The position numbers and the translations under genes are program-made. Under the pieces are notes generated by a model that saw only the letters and a program-made list of their open reading frames with translations, did no database searches and was not told the origin of the DNA. Of a stretch of 64,000 nt of DNA, positions 18,854 through 33,339 are shown one piece after another. Where the stretch lies: the NCBI GenBank assembly GCA_963666055.2, contig CAXWPH010000015.1, forward strand, positions 1,856,001 through 1,920,000, in the 5' to 3' direction. How positions within the stretch are numbered: the first letter of the stretch is position 1; each line of letters begins with the position of its first letter. This DNA comes from Acidobacteriota bacterium. GTDB lineage: Bacteria; Acidobacteriota; UBA890; WLXD01.

Positions 18854-21598
18854 ATGGCAAAACAACCGACCGGCGAATATCAGACCTTGCCCCTCTTGCC
18901 GCTGAGGGATGTCGTCATCTTTCCCGGAATGATGATGCCGTTTGTCGTCGGCCGCTCGCGCTCTGTGAAGGCGCTCGAGCGCGCCATGGAAACCGGCAAG
19001 CGGCTGTTTCTATCGGCGCAGAAGGACGCCGAGGCGGAGGATCCCGGCACCGGCGACATCTACAGCCTCGGCACGGTCTCGACCATCGTACAGAGCCTCA
19101 AGCGACCTGACGGCACGGTAAAGGTTCTGGTCGAAGGGGTACGGAGGGCGCGCGTGATCGAGCCCACCGACGAGACCAGCTTCCTCGAGGTTGTGGTCAA
19201 GCCGATCGAGGACACCGACGACGACGAGCTGCTATCGCGCAAGACACGACGTCTGGTCCGGCTGTTCGAGAAGTACGTGAAGTTGTCGTCCAATCTGCCG
19301 AACGAAGCGGTGCTGGCGGCGGTAAAGAAAGACCACCCCGGCCGTCTCGCCGATACCATCGCCGCCCACCTGCCGCTCGACGTACCGGCCAAGCAAGAGA
19401 TTCTCGAGATCGTCGACGTCGAGGCGCGCCTGGACAGGCTTACCCAGTACATCAGCACCGAGATGGAAAAGGTAAAGATGGACCGGGAGATTCAAGGTCG
19501 CGTCAAGAAGCAAATGGAGCAGGCGCAGCGCGAGTACTACCTCAACGAGAAGATCAAGGCGATCCAGAAGGAGCTCGGCCGCGGCGACCGCGAGTCTGAT
19601 CTCGATCAGCTCCGCCGACGCATCATCGAGGCTCGCCTGCCTGCCGAGGTCGGCGAAAAGGTGGACCAAGAGCTCGATCGTCTCGAGGCCATGCCGCCCA
19701 TGTCGGCCGAAGCAACGGTTTCACGCAACTACGTCGATTGGTTGGTCTCGGTGCCGTGGTTCCGGCGCAATCTGGAGAACCGTGACCTGGAGCGCGCCGC
19801 CCAGGTGCTGGAACAAGATCACTACGGCCTTGACGACATCAAGGAGCGCATCCTCGAGTTCCTCGCCGTTCGCCAACTGGTCGACAACCCGCGCGGCTCG
19901 ATCCTTTGCTTCGTCGGACCGCCGGGCACCGGCAAGTCGTCGCTCGCCAAGTCGATTGCCCGGGCCACGGCGCGAGACTTCGTGCGTCAGTCGCTCGGGG
20001 GTGTTCGCGACGAGGCCGAGATACGCGGCCATCGGCGCACCTATATCGGCGCGTTTCCAGGGCAGATCATGCAGCGTATGAAGCAGGCGGGAGTGCTCAA
20101 CCCGGTGTTTCTGCTCGACGAGATCGACAAGATGAGCATGGATTTCCGTGGCGACCCGTCGGCGGCATTGATGGAGGTGCTGGACCCGGAGCAGAACCAC
20201 ACGTTCGTCGACCACTATCTCGACGCGGAGTACGACCTGTCGGGAGTGATGTTCATCTGCACGGCCAACGTTCTGCACACTGTACCCGCGCCACTGCAGG
20301 ACCGCATGGAGGTCATCCACCTGTCCGGCTATACGCAGCAGGAGAAGCTGCAAATAGCCCGGCGACACCTGCTTGACAAGCAAATCGCGTTTCATGGCTT
20401 GCTGCCGGGTCAACTCGAGCTAACCGACGCGGCGCTCGACAAGATCATCGACGAGTACACGCGTGAGGCGGGAGTCCGACGCCTCGAGCGAGAGCTCGCC
20501 AAAGTGTGCCGCAAGGGCGCGCATGACCTGGTGAAACAACACCATAAGGAGATCGCGCTAGCCGCCGAGGAAGACGTCCGGCGCCTGTTGGAGGTGAAGC
20601 AGCCAGCGATAGAGGACGCCACAGAGGAGCCGATCATCGCACCATCGGGCGAAGATGATGCCGACGAGCCGATCACCGCTATCGGCGACGCCGAGGGCTC
20701 GGCGGATGGCGCCGACGCGGACTCGGAGACCGCCAGAGCGGAAGCCGATAGCTCTTCCGACACCCCGCAACCGGACGATTTACCCGAGCTCACGGCCGAC
20801 GACATCTTCGTCGAAGCCCGCGACCCGCGCGCCCAAGCGCTGCCGATTCGTAGCCGAATGGCAGAGGCGATCCCCGAGGACGCCACAATCCTCGTCGACG
20901 AGGAACGCCTCGAGGAATATCTCGGCGTACCGCGCTACAAGCGCAAGCGACGCGAAGAGCGAGCCGCTATCGGACTCGCCTTCGGGCTCGCGTGGACAGA
21001 GCACGGCGGCGAGAAGCTCGACATCGAAGTCTCGCTCATGCCTGGTAAGGGAAAGCTGGCGCTCACCGGCCAACTCGGCGACGTAATGCAGGAGTCCGGC
21101 CAGACGGCGCTGTCCTATATTCGCTCGCGCACCGGACGTCTGGGCGTGGCACGCGACTTCTATGCGAAGCTTGACGTCCACGTTCACGTGCCTGAGGGAG
21201 CCATTCCCAAGGATGGCCCTTCGGCCGGCATCACGCTGGCGACGGCGATGGTTTCAGCGCTTACCGGGATACCGATCCGGCACGACCTTGCCATGACCGG
21301 CGAGATCACCTTGCGTGGCAACGTGCTGCCGATCGGCGGTGTGAAGGAAAAGGTGCTCGGCGCGCATCGCGTCAACATCACCACGGTGCTGCTGCCGGCG
21401 GAAAACGAGAAAGACCTCAAAGACGTGCCGGATGAGATTCGCGAGCAGCTCACGATCCACCTCGTTTCGACGATGGACGAAGTCTTGAAGCACGCGCTGG
21501 TCTCACCGCTAACACCGCTGCCTGACGAGAAGCAGGATGGCGGCCTAGCCGCAGATCCGCACCCGAGCGATGCTCTGGAGCCGCCGCTGACCCACTAG
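18854..21598 (+). CDS. lon: Lon protease with a large acidic insertion
   Basis: [38 protein letters not shown]. Confidence 0.96.
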   Translation: MAKQPTGEYQTLPLLPLRDVVIFPGMMMPFVVGRSRSVKALERAMETGKRLFLSAQKDAEAEDPGTGDIYSLGTVSTIVQSLKRPDGTVKVLVEGVRRARVIEPTDETSFLEVVVKPIEDTDDDELLSRKTRRLVRLFEKYVKLSSNLPNEAVLAAVKKDHPGRLADTIAAHLPLDVPAKQEILEIVDVEARLDRLTQYISTEMEKVKMDREIQGRVKKQMEQAQREYYLNEKIKAIQKELGRGDRESDLDQLRRRIIEARLPAEVGEKVDQELDRLEAMPPMSAEATVSRNYVDWLVSVPWFRRNLENRDLERAAQVLEQDHYGLDDIKERILEFLAVRQLVDNPRGSILCFVGPPGTGKSSLAKSIARATARDFVRQSLGGVRDEAEIRGHRRTYIGAFPGQIMQRMKQAGVLNPVFLLDEIDKMSMDFRGDPSAALMEVLDPEQNHTFVDHYLDAEYDLSGVMFICTANVLHTVPAPLQDRMEVIHLSGYTQQEKLQIARRHLLDKQIAFHGLLPGQLELTDAALDKIIDEYTREAGVRRLERELAKVCRKGAHDLVKQHHKEIALAAEEDVRRLLEVKQPAIEDATEEPIIAPSGEDDADEPITAIGDAEGSADGADADSETARAEADSSSDTPQPDDLPELTADDIFVEARDPRAQALPIRSRMAEAIPEDATILVDEERLEEYLGVPRYKRKRREERAAIGLAFGLAWTEHGGEKLDIEVSLMPGKGKLALTGQLGDVMQESGQTALSYIRSRTGRLGVARDFYAKLDVHVHVPEGAIPKDGPSAGITLATAMVSALTGIPIRHDLAMTGEITLRGNVLPIGGVKEKVLGAHRVNITTVLLPAENEKDLKDVPDEIREQLTIHLVSTMDEVLKHALVSPLTPLPDEKQDGGLAADPHPSDALEPPLTH

Positions 21599-21618
21599 TG
21601 GCCTGTAACAGGCCACTA
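21596..21618. repeat. 11-bp inverted repeat overlapping the lon stop
   Basis: TAGTGGCCTGT-A-ACAGGCCACTA; no U-tract after it. Confidence 0.6.
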
Positions 21619-21703
21619 CCAGGCCGTGGTGGTAGCGGACGCACTCAGCCCGGTCTGGTTACGGAGCTTGCCGCGTTGGGCGGCGGCGTGAGGAAACCAC
21701 GTC

Positions 21704-22309
21704 GTGAAGATCCAGGATGTACGGGCGGAGTTCACGACATCGCGCCCAGGCCACTATCCGCCCGATTTGCTGCCGGAGATCGCGTTTCTTGGTCGATCCA
21801 ACGTCGGCAAGTCGAGCCTTATTAACTCGCTGCTCAATCGGAAGCGACTGGCTCGCACGAGCAAGGCACCCGGCCGCACGCGCGCCATCCATTGGTATCG
21901 CGTCGAGGGCGGCGGGCTGCGGTGTCGCTTCGTCGATCTGCCGGGGTACGGCTACGCGCGAGTGCCGCGGCACGTGCGCGAGCACGAGTGGGCAGCACTG
22001 ATCGAAACCTACCTGCGGTCGAAGCAGCCAATGGCGGTGGCGATACAGCTGCTCGACATCCGGCGCGAAGGCCCAACGACACTCGATGAGCGGATGATCG
22101 AGTGGTTGCGGGCCAACGAGCGGCCCACCACCTACGTGCTCACCAAGGCCGACAAGCTGTCGCGCTCGCGCCGCGCTCGCGCCGCCCAGCTCTTCGCCCG
22201 CAAGCTCCAACTACCCGATGGAGTACGGCCCATTCCTTATTCGGCGGTAACCGGCGAGGGGCGCACCGAGCTATGGTCGGTGCTGGACACGCACATCGCA
22301 AAGAGCTGA
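21704..22309 (+). CDS. engB: Ribosome biogenesis GTPase YihA/YsxC
   Basis: [29 protein letters not shown]; follows lon. Confidence 0.95.
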   Translation: MKIQDVRAEFTTSRPGHYPPDLLPEIAFLGRSNVGKSSLINSLLNRKRLARTSKAPGRTRAIHWYRVEGGGLRCRFVDLPGYGYARVPRHVREHEWAALIETYLRSKQPMAVAIQLLDIRREGPTTLDERMIEWLRANERPTTYVLTKADKLSRSRRARAAQLFARKLQLPDGVRPIPYSAVTGEGRTELWSVLDTHIAKS

Positions 22310-22472
22310 CCGCCGACGGTGGCCCTTTCGCAGGGGCTTGCGGCGCATCGCCGGGCCGATGAGGTTGGCTGTTGAATGGTATTCTTGCCGGTCTGCGCAA
22401 TTTCATGCGAAACTCGCCTCCAATCGCTCGCCGACGGCACTGCTGTGGACAGTGAGAACAGGACAACCTCCG

Positions 22473-22985
22473 ATGAAAGAAGGACTCCACCCGGAGTACC
22501 ATCCGGTCATTTTCGTCGACAGCGCCGCTGATTTCGAGCTGGTTACGCGGTCGACCAAGACGAGCAGCGAAACGCGCCAGATCGACGGCGTCGATCACTA
22601 TGTGCTCCGTGTCGAGATCTCCTCGGCGTCGCACCCTTTCTTCACCGGCGAACAACGCTTCATCGACACGGCCGGCCGCGTAGAGAAGTTCCAGCGTAAG
22701 TACAAGCAGTTCTACCAGGCGCAGGACGACGCTAGGGAGGCGGTGGTCAAGAAAGCGGAAGTAGTCGCGTCCACGGCCGTGCCAGCCAGCGACGACGACG
22801 TGCCTGAAGGTGCCGCCGAAGCGACACCGGAGGCTGACTCGGTCGCCGAGGCGGATGCTGCCGCCCAGGAAACCGGCGCCGCCGATGCGGAGCCCAGCAA
22901 GGCCGACGCCATCTCGGAGGAGGGCGACGCCGATGCCGGTGCCGACGACACGGAAGTCGCCGACGATCCCGAAGCCGAGAGCTAA
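22473..22985 (+). CDS. rpmE2: 50S ribosomal protein L31 type B with acidic C-terminal extension
   Basis: [16 protein letters not shown]...[25 protein letters not shown]; no Zn-binding Cys. Confidence 0.92.
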   Translation: MKEGLHPEYHPVIFVDSAADFELVTRSTKTSSETRQIDGVDHYVLRVEISSASHPFFTGEQRFIDTAGRVEKFQRKYKQFYQAQDDAREAVVKKAEVVASTAVPASDDDVPEGAAEATPEADSVAEADAAAQETGAADAEPSKADAISEEGDADAGADDTEVADDPEAES

Positions 22986-23030
22986 GGAGCGACGCGCTAG
23001 GACCATGTCCATGGTCTGCGCGTTCCGACC

Positions 23031-24119
23031 GTGCAAGAACAGGTCCTGACGCGGCTTCAGGAGCTGGAGAAACGCTTCGAGGCACTCAACGAAGAAATCG
23101 TGCGCCCGGAGGTTATCCAGGATACGGCGCGTTACACCGAGCTCATCAAGCAACATGCCGAGCTCGATCAGATCGTCATTGCCTTCCGTCAGTTGCAGCA
23201 CCTCTCGAGAGGTATTCGCGACAGCGAGGAGTTGCTCGACGAGGCCGACCCCGAGATGCGCGAGCTCGCCGAGGAAGAGATCGTCCGGCTCGGCAGCGAG
23301 CGCGACGAGCTCGAGCAGGCTCTCTACCGCATGCTCCTTCCGAAGGACCCCAACGACGCCAAGAACGTCGTGCTCGAGGTCCGTGCCGGTACCGGCGGAG
23401 AGGAGGCGGCGCTGTTCGCCGCAGAGATCTTCCGCATGTACGCCCGCTATGCCGAGGCCAAGCGCTGGAAAGTGGACGTGATGAGCGAGAGCAGCACCGG
23501 CACGGGCGGGCTGAAGGAAGTGATCGCGGTCATCGAGGGGCACGGCGCCTACAGTCGCTTGAAGTACGAGAGCGGCGTTCATCGCGTGCAACGCGTGCCC
23601 GCGACTGAGTCATCGGGTCGCATCCACACATCGGCTGTCACAGTGGCGGTCATGCCCGAGGCGAAAGAAGTAGAGGTGCGGATCGAGGACAAAGATCTGC
23701 GCATCGACCGCTTCTGCTCGTCGGGCCCTGGCGGTCAGAGCGTCAACACGACCTACTCGGCAATCCGGGTGACGCATTTGCCCAGCGGCCTGGTGGTCTC
23801 GTGCCAAGACGAGAAGTCGCAGCACAAGAACCTGGCCAAGGCAATGCGTGTGCTGCGGTCACGTCTCTATGACAAGAAGATGCAGGAACAGCAGGACGAG
23901 CGCGCTGCCGAGCGTCGTGGCATGGTGGGGAGCGGCGACCGGAGCGAGAAGATTCGCACGTATAACTTCCCGCAGAACCGAGTCACGGATCATCGGGCAC
24001 ACCTCACCGTGCACAGGCTTGCCGAGATACTCGGTGGCGACCTGGAGGCGGTGCTCGACGCTGTGATTACCGCCTTCGAGGCAAAGCGTCTGAAGGCCGA
24101 GTTCCAAGCAGCTGGCTAG
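23031..24119 (+). CDS. prfA: Peptide chain release factor 1
   Basis: [11 protein letters not shown] (PAT motif), [17 protein letters not shown]. Confidence 0.97.
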   Translation: MQEQVLTRLQELEKRFEALNEEIVRPEVIQDTARYTELIKQHAELDQIVIAFRQLQHLSRGIRDSEELLDEADPEMRELAEEEIVRLGSERDELEQALYRMLLPKDPNDAKNVVLEVRAGTGGEEAALFAAEIFRMYARYAEAKRWKVDVMSESSTGTGGLKEVIAVIEGHGAYSRLKYESGVHRVQRVPATESSGRIHTSAVTVAVMPEAKEVEVRIEDKDLRIDRFCSSGPGGQSVNTTYSAIRVTHLPSGLVVSCQDEKSQHKNLAKAMRVLRSRLYDKKMQEQQDERAAERRGMVGSGDRSEKIRTYNFPQNRVTDHRAHLTVHRLAEILGGDLEAVLDAVITAFEAKRLKAEFQAAG

Positions 24120-24146
24120 CATGTTCGGCATCGGCTCGGGGCCGGG

Positions 24147-25019
24147 GTGACCGGCTTGTCCGGGCGTCGAACCGTCGATGCCACCTTGCGCGACGCTGCA
24201 AGACGGCTCGAGGCGGCCGGCGTGGACGCGCCGAGAATCCAGGCCACCGCCCTGTTGGGGCACGCGCTGCAAATCGACCGCGCCGCGTTACTGGCGAGCC
24301 TGTCGGACGTGGTCGATGCTGAAACAGCCAGCGCCTTCGACGCGCTGATCGAGCTTCGCTGCGCTCATTATCCTCTTCAATACCTGATAGGCCGTGCCAG
24401 CTTTCTCGATTTCGAGGTTCGGGTCGGGCCCGGCGTCTTCATCCCGCGTCCAGAGACCGAGCAACTCGCCGAGAAGGCGCTGCGACTCTGGACCCCGGCG
24501 CACCCGTGGGCGGTTGATGTCGGAACGGGCAGTGGCGTGATCGCGATCGCGCTGGCGCGTGCGTATCGGCGGTGCCGCGTGTTGGCGCTCGATCTCTCGT
24601 CGACGGCGCTGGCCTTCGCCGCCGCCAGTGCTAGCGACAACGGCGTTGAGCACCAGATCACGTTCGTCCGCTCGGATCTGCTCTCGGCAATTCGATTGCG
24701 CCCGTCCTGCGTCGACATCGGATTGCTGGTTAGCAACCCACCCTACGTGCGACTTGGCGACGTCGTGCAGCCAGAGGTGCGCGATCACGAGCCCGTGGAC
24801 GCCTGGGCGGCGGGACCACTGGGAACCGAGATCTACGCACGGCTGATTTCCCAAGCAGCGGAGCGACTGAACTCGGGTCGTCCCATGCTGCTCGAGCTCG
24901 GCTACGGCCAAGCGGAGGCAGTAGCGGAGCTCCTGCAACGCGATGGTCGTTGGCTGGACTCCCGGGTGGATTCCGATTTCCAGAACATCCCGCGTATCCT
25001 GACCGTGCGACGGCACTGA
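24147..25019 (+). CDS. prmC: Release factor glutamine methyltransferase
   Basis: PLQYLIG, IPRPETE, DVGTGSG, SNPPY; follows prfA. Confidence 0.95.
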   Translation: MTGLSGRRTVDATLRDAARRLEAAGVDAPRIQATALLGHALQIDRAALLASLSDVVDAETASAFDALIELRCAHYPLQYLIGRASFLDFEVRVGPGVFIPRPETEQLAEKALRLWTPAHPWAVDVGTGSGVIAIALARAYRRCRVLALDLSSTALAFAAASASDNGVEHQITFVRSDLLSAIRLRPSCVDIGLLVSNPPYVRLGDVVQPEVRDHEPVDAWAAGPLGTEIYARLISQAAERLNSGRPMLLELGYGQAEAVAELLQRDGRWLDSRVDSDFQNIPRILTVRRH

Positions 25020-25092
25020 TTCCGGGCTCTCGGCTGCCGGCGACGCCGAACCTCGCTACTTGTCGATTGGCCCAGAACACTACAATCGCCAC

Positions 25093-26346
<1,254 letters not shown>

Positions 26347-26357
26347 CCGGAGGACTG

Positions 26358-26705
26358 ATGCCCGATGACTGCCCGTTTTGCCAGATAGTAGCCGGCGAGG
26401 TCCCGGCCACGATCGTTCTGGAGAACAAGCTCGCCGTTGCCTTCGAGGACGTCAACCCGCAGGCGCCGATGCACGTCTTGATCGTGCCGCGTAAGCACAT
26501 TCCGACGCTCAACGATCTCCAGGCCGAAGACCAAGCTGTGGTCGCCGGGTTGCTGATAATGGCGCGCGACATCGCCCACCAGCGCGGCCTTGCAGCTGCC
26601 GGCTATCGCACGGTCTTCAATTGCAACGCCGACGCAGGGCAGACAGTATTTCACCTTCATCTGCACGTGCTCGGCGGTCGCAAGCTATCCTGGCCCCCCG
26701 GCTAA
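26358..26705 (+). CDS. Histidine triad nucleotide-binding protein
   Basis: DCPFCQI, GQTVFHLHLHVLGGR..WPPG; SD GGAGG. Confidence 0.95.
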   Translation: MPDDCPFCQIVAGEVPATIVLENKLAVAFEDVNPQAPMHVLIVPRKHIPTLNDLQAEDQAVVAGLLIMARDIAHQRGLAAAGYRTVFNCNADAGQTVFHLHLHVLGGRKLSWPPG

Positions 26706-26747
26706 CCCTACGGTGTCCGGGGCATCCAACGCAGCAAAGAGGAGTCG

Positions 26748-27488
26748 ATGATCCGAGACGAGGAACGCAACGGCGTCCGCTTGCTACGCATGGAGCTCGG
26801 GAGCGGCAATGCGCTTGGGCCCCGCGTTGTCGAGGCGATCAGCGCTGCGTTGGATGCCGAGCAACGTCCGACCGTGCTCACGGGCGAGGGCGGCATCTTC
26901 TCGGCTGGCCTCAACCTGATTGAGCTGGCGGCGTTCTCGCGCGACGAGATGGCGGACTTCGTCGAGGAGTTCTCCATACTCCTGACTCGTGCGCTGACCA
27001 CACGGTACCCGCTCGTCGCCGCGGTCAACGGCCATGCCGTAGCCGGCGGCTGTGTGCTCGCCATGGCGTGCGATCGTCGCATCGGAACACGGGGCGACTT
27101 CAAGATCGGAATGAACGAGATGGCCATCGGACTCACCCTCCCAGCGGTTGTCACCGAGATTCTGCGCGACAAGCTAGCCTCCGAGCAGGCGCGAACCGTG
27201 ATCCTGGGCGGGGCTCTCTACGACCCGGAAGAAGCACAGCGAGCTGGCCTGCTCGACGCTGTCGCTGACAGCGCCGACGAGGCCATCGATCGAGCCTGTG
27301 AGGTAGCCTGCGACCTCGGCAAGTCGCCGGCTGAGTTCGCCGCCATGAAAGGCAGTCTCACGGCTCCGATCATGGAGCGTTTTCAGCAAACCCGCACAGC
27401 GCTCGACCGGCGTTTCATCGACTCATGGTTTGCTCCACCGGCCACGAAGCTACGCGAAAAGATGCTCGAGCGGTTGCAGACACCTTAG
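26748..27488 (+). CDS. Enoyl-CoA hydratase/isomerase family protein
   Basis: FSAGLNL, VAAVNGHAVAGGCVLAMACD, GMNE. Confidence 0.9.
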   Translation: MIRDEERNGVRLLRMELGSGNALGPRVVEAISAALDAEQRPTVLTGEGGIFSAGLNLIELAAFSRDEMADFVEEFSILLTRALTTRYPLVAAVNGHAVAGGCVLAMACDRRIGTRGDFKIGMNEMAIGLTLPAVVTEILRDKLASEQARTVILGGALYDPEEAQRAGLLDAVADSADEAIDRACEVACDLGKSPAEFAAMKGSLTAPIMERFQQTRTALDRRFIDSWFAPPATKLREKMLERLQTP

Positions 27489-27519
27489 GCATCGGCGGCG
27501 AGACGGGTTGCCGGCGAGC

Positions 27520-28197
27520 TCATTCTGCTGCCGACGAGACCGGCGTCACAGCAGCGGCGCAGACCCACACCCGACGCGCTCCCGCGGCACGCAAGCAACG
27601 CACCGCGGCGCGCATCGTCGCCCCGGTCGTAATAACGTCGTCCACGAGCACGACGTGCGGCGGACAGCCGCGCTGCCGATAGCGGCGAGCAACGCCGAAG
27701 GCGTTACGCATGTTGTGCTCACGGGCTACCGCGCCGCGGCCAACCTGCGGCGCCGTCGGACGAGTGCGGCGTAGTAGCCTACGCAGCCGCGCCCTCGGCC
27801 ACGCGTGTGCGAGGCCCCCAGCGATGGCCTGCGCCTGGTTGTGCCCACGAGCCCACTGACGCCGCCAGTGCAACGGCATTGGAACCACGGTGACGGGGCC
27901 GGCAGGAAACGACTCGAGCAAGGGGATCATGGCGCGCCCGAAGTATCGCCCGATGGGGACATACCCGTGGAACTTCAAGGCCCGAACGAGTGACCGGGAC
28001 GGCCCTGCGTACACCAGCAGCCCGCGGCCCGGGTGCCCGCCGCCGAGATCGAGATGCTGATAACAAGGACGCAAAGCCGCTGCGCAACGCGCGCACAGAA
28101 AAGGCGCCCACGGGTTCCGCGAGGACGGCGCGTTGCAATGGTGGCAACGTGGCGGCAGAAGGCCGTCGACGAGCGCTCCAAATACCCCACCCAACAT
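27520..28197 (-). CDS. comF: ComF-family protein (Zn ribbon + phosphoribosyltransferase fold)
   Basis: PPRCHHC..CARC, VPMPLH..R..RGHNQ, LVDDVITTGAT. Confidence 0.9.
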   Translation of the reverse strand: MLGGVFGALVDGLLPPRCHHCNAPSSRNPWAPFLCARCAAALRPCYQHLDLGGGHPGRGLLVYAGPSRSLVRALKFHGYVPIGRYFGRAMIPLLESFPAGPVTVVPMPLHWRRQWARGHNQAQAIAGGLAHAWPRARLRRLLRRTRPTAPQVGRGAVAREHNMRNAFGVARRYRQRGCPPHVVLVDDVITTGATMRAAVRCLRAAGARRVWVCAAAVTPVSSAAE

Positions 28198-28263
28198 AGT
28201 CGGGTGAGACGGTCACCAGGATGAGGAATCACAGGAAGGGTGGATCGAGCTCGACTGCGCTGC

Positions 28264-28620
28264 TCAGCGGGTCAATGCTTCTTTGCGCTCCTGGCATTCG
28301 ATACAGAAGGCGGCCCAGGGAATTGCCTTCAGGCGGGTCTCGGTAATTTTCTCGCCGCACTCCTCGCAATCGCCGTAGTCGCCGTTATCTATGCGCTCCA
28401 AGGCAGCGTCGATCAGCAACAGCCGGGCGCGATCATTCTCCGAGAGACTGTAGTTGAACTCCTGGGCGTACAGCTCGGTGGCGGTATCGGCGAGGTCCAA
28501 CGGGCCGTCCTCGCTGCTACTGCGACGCTGCGTCTCCGTTGATCGCTTGAACGCGGTGGCCAGCTCACGCCGACGCTCGTCGAGCCGGGCACGAAGCCTC
28601 TTCTTCAGAACAGCTCTCAT
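28264..28620 (-). CDS. DksA/TraR family transcription factor
   Basis: Coiled coil with DLADTA (DxxDxA), YGDCEECGE..RLKAIP..CIEC. Confidence 0.9.
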   Translation of the reverse strand: MRAVLKKRLRARLDERRRELATAFKRSTETQRRSSSEDGPLDLADTATELYAQEFNYSLSENDRARLLLIDAALERIDNGDYGDCEECGEKITETRLKAIPWAAFCIECQERKEALTR

Positions 28621-28637
28621 GACTGCCTAACTGCCTT

Positions 28638-29117
28638 CTAGCGGTCGTAAGGATGGCCGTGAATAATCGTCATGGCGCGATAGACTTGCTCCGCCAACAA
28701 GAGCCGGGCCATGTCGTGCGGGACAGTCATCTGCGACAGGCTCACCATCCGGTCTGCCTGTTCGCGGACCGTAGAGAATAGTCCATCGGGCCCACCGACG
28801 ACAAACACCACCGATCGCGTGTCTTCGAAGCACTGGCGGCGGATCAATTCGGCGAACTGGCGCGATGTCATCGGCTTTCCGCCAGCGTCCAGAGCGGCCA
28901 CCCAGGCAGGCTCGAGCTGCCGGATGTGCGACAAGACACCACGGCCTTCGCGCTCCAACCGGTGTGGTTTGGAGTAGCGGCCATCGTGACGCTCTTCGGG
29001 GACGGTAACAACCCGACAGTCACGATAGCGTTTGATGCGGCCAACGTAGTCAGCGACGCCCTCGACAGCATAGGCGGCCTTGGTCTTGCCGACCCAACAG
29101 AACGAGAGGGCGCTCAC
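28638..29117 (-). CDS. rlmH: 23S rRNA pseudouridine-1915 methyltransferase
   Basis: FVVGGPDG, SLSQMTVPH..RLLLAEQVYRA..I.GHPY. Confidence 0.93.
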   Translation of the reverse strand: MSALSFCWVGKTKAAYAVEGVADYVGRIKRYRDCRVVTVPEERHDGRYSKPHRLEREGRGVLSHIRQLEPAWVAALDAGGKPMTSRQFAELIRRQCFEDTRSVVFVVGGPDGLFSTVREQADRMVSLSQMTVPHDMARLLLAEQVYRAMTIIHGHPYDR

Positions 29118-29514
29118 GCCTCGCCGGACGGCTCAGCGGGGACCCACTCCAACAGGGGTGCGTCGCGCCAGAGGCGCTCGAGCTGATAGAAGTCTCGCGA
29201 CGGCGGTGTGAAGATGTGCACGACCAGGTCGATGTAGTCGAGGAGTATCCAGCTCGCTTCCGAACGGCCCTCGATGTGGTTTGGCTTGGCGCCCTGGTCC
29301 CGAAGACGCTCGCCCACTGCATCGCAGAGCGCCTGTACGTGTGGGGCGCTACGACCGCTGGTGATAATCATGTAGTCGGTGAAGCTCGACGTCTCCCGCA
29401 TGTACAGCACGACGCTTCGTTCGGCCTTGTGTTCGTCGAGCACTACCAACGCCTCGGCGACGATCGGCGGCAGAGCCTTGTCGAACCGTTCATTCTGCAG
29501 TTCCGACGCGGGCA

Positions 29515-29515
<1 letters not shown>
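29114..29515 (-). CDS. rsfS: Ribosome silencing factor
   Basis: DYMII.SG.S..HV, WILLDY.DLVVHIF...RDFYQLERLW. Confidence 0.95.
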
Positions 29516-31573
<2,058 letters not shown>

Positions 31574-31577
31574 TTTT

Positions 31578-32279
31578 CTATCCCTCTCGTCCGCCGGCGA
31601 GTCGGTCCTGGAGCTCCTTGAGGTCGTCCCAGCGTTCCTCGGCCGCCAGGGCTGCCTGCTCCGGCCAGGTCGTCGGATCGTGAGAACGGAGGCGGCCACC
31701 AGCTGCCTCGAGAATCGCCCGCAGCGCCGGATCGTCGGAGCCAGCGAGGTCGGTGAACGTAGTGATTCCGGCGTCCTTCAACACGCTCTCGATCTTCGGT
31801 CCGATGCCTTCGATTCGCTTCAGGTTATCGTCGCCGGGCGACGCTTGCTCGGCCCTCTTGGCAGCGGGCTTTTTGGCAACGGGCTTCTTGGCAACCGCCT
31901 GCTTCGCCGGCTTCTCTTTGGCGGCCTTCTTGGCGGCGGCCTTCTTGGCCGCCGACTTCCCGCCGCTAGGCAACACGATCTCATCGATCTGCAGGGCGGT
32001 GTACGCCTGCCGGTGCCCGATCTTGCGCCGGTAGCCCTTGCGACGCTTCTTCTTGAACGCCAGCAGCTTCTGCCCACGACCGACCTCCACCACCGTCGCT
32101 TCAACGCTGGCACCGTCGACTATCGGTGTACCGATGTGCACCTGATCATCCGCTGCCACCAGGCTGACTGCATCGATCGACACTTTGGTGCCGACATCGT
32201 CGCCGAGAAGCTCGACGCGCAGGACATCGCCCTTGGCTACTCGATACTGCTTTCCACCGGTGTTGATGACGGCGTACAT
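31578..32279 (-). CDS. rplU: 50S ribosomal protein L21 with Lys/Ala linker and C-terminal HhH domain
   Basis: [14 protein letters not shown]...GHRQAYT, then AAKK repeats and [13 protein letters not shown]. Confidence 0.95.
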   Translation of the reverse strand: MYAVINTGGKQYRVAKGDVLRVELLGDDVGTKVSIDAVSLVAADDQVHIGTPIVDGASVEATVVEVGRGQKLLAFKKKRRKGYRRKIGHRQAYTALQIDEIVLPSGGKSAAKKAAAKKAAKEKPAKQAVAKKPVAKKPAAKRAEQASPGDDNLKRIEGIGPKIESVLKDAGITTFTDLAGSDDPALRAILEAAGGRLRSHDPTTWPEQAALAAEERWDDLKELQDRLAGGREG

Positions 32280-32540
32280 CTGACCAATCCGATCGTGGGC
32301 CGGGAGGAGACTCTGGCTGGGAAGACTCTATGGGCGGCTGGAAAGCGCTCGCGGGGCACAAGGCGGCCCCGCCAGAAGAGCTGATCCGTCCCGGCGCGGC
32401 TGCGGGCGCGCAGGGTACCGAGACGCGAGCGCTCATTGTAGGGTGAGTCGCCGCCAGCGGGCAAGCCGCCTGGCCGCCGCATGGTCTCCGACCAGGCTGT
32501 TAGTAGGCAGGCGCCGGTACCGGCGAGCGGCCCGCTAGTT

Positions 32541-33323
32541 TTAGTTTTGGTCGCCCCCCATGGCGAGGCGCTCCAGCGCGCGCTCGCGCGCCTCGAGCCT
32601 CTCGAAATGACGGTTCAGCTCGTTGATCTGGTCTTGAAGCGACTCCATGTCGAGGCGTGCATGCGAGAGTTCGTAGACCAGGTTGTGGAGCAAGTGCAGC
32701 TGCGTCTCGTGGCGCCCCTCGAGCTGACCGGTCATCTGCGACAGGTGCCCGCCGACCCAATCGGCGGTGCGATCGATCCGATCGTCCAAGGAGTCCTTCA
32801 GCCGATCGGCAGCCTCGCGTGTCTCTCGTACTGCGGCTCGCCGCAACTCGTTCGATTGGTCCTGTCGACGCATCTCGTCGAGCAGCTGCACGAGCACGTG
32901 CTCGAGGTTGCTCGACGTACGGAGCACCGGCCGTAGCACGCGGCGCAGCAGGCCCACCAGGCGACCCTTCAACCCGGCGCTTCCAGACGTGTAGAGGTCG
33001 CGCGCCGGGTTGATGTCCGCCGACGGGGCAGGCTTCAGGTCGGCGACCGTCGCCGACGCCGCGGCGCCGACCGGCGAGCGCGCCGGCCCCGAGCCAGGCG
33101 GCGAACCCACAGACGGCAATTTGCCGCGTACCTGCGGCATCTCTTCGAGCACGCCGTACGACAAATGAAGGCGTTCTAAACGCGGGCGCAGCGCCGCGCG
33201 GCGCAGCAGTTCCAGTTCGCCCGCGGTGTAGCGCGTGCCCGTTTTCTCTGCGATCCGCGCTTCGACCTGCGCTTCGAGCGCCTCTACGTCGATCTCCGGA
33301 TCATCGATCCTGAAGCGACCCAA
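32541..33323 (-). CDS. Hypothetical coiled-coil protein
   Basis: SD GGAGG before TTG; heptad-rich C-terminus; last gene of the Omp85 operon. Confidence 0.7.
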   Translation of the reverse strand: MGRFRIDDPEIDVEALEAQVEARIAEKTGTRYTAGELELLRRAALRPRLERLHLSYGVLEEMPQVRGKLPSVGSPPGSGPARSPVGAAASATVADLKPAPSADINPARDLYTSGSAGLKGRLVGLLRRVLRPVLRTSSNLEHVLVQLLDEMRRQDQSNELRRAAVRETREAADRLKDSLDDRIDRTADWVGGHLSQMTGQLEGRHETQLHLLHNLVYELSHARLDMESLQDQINELNRHFERLEARERALERLAMGGDQN

Positions 33324-33339
33324 GCTTGGCCTCCGCCGG

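Noticed and set aside
22310-22472. Zur box upstream of type B L31
   Set aside because: No convincing AT-rich palindrome seen.
22140-23591. 483-aa minus-strand ORF and many similar long alternative ORFs
   Set aside because: Antisense shadows of well-supported genes, expected in high-GC DNA; no family motifs.
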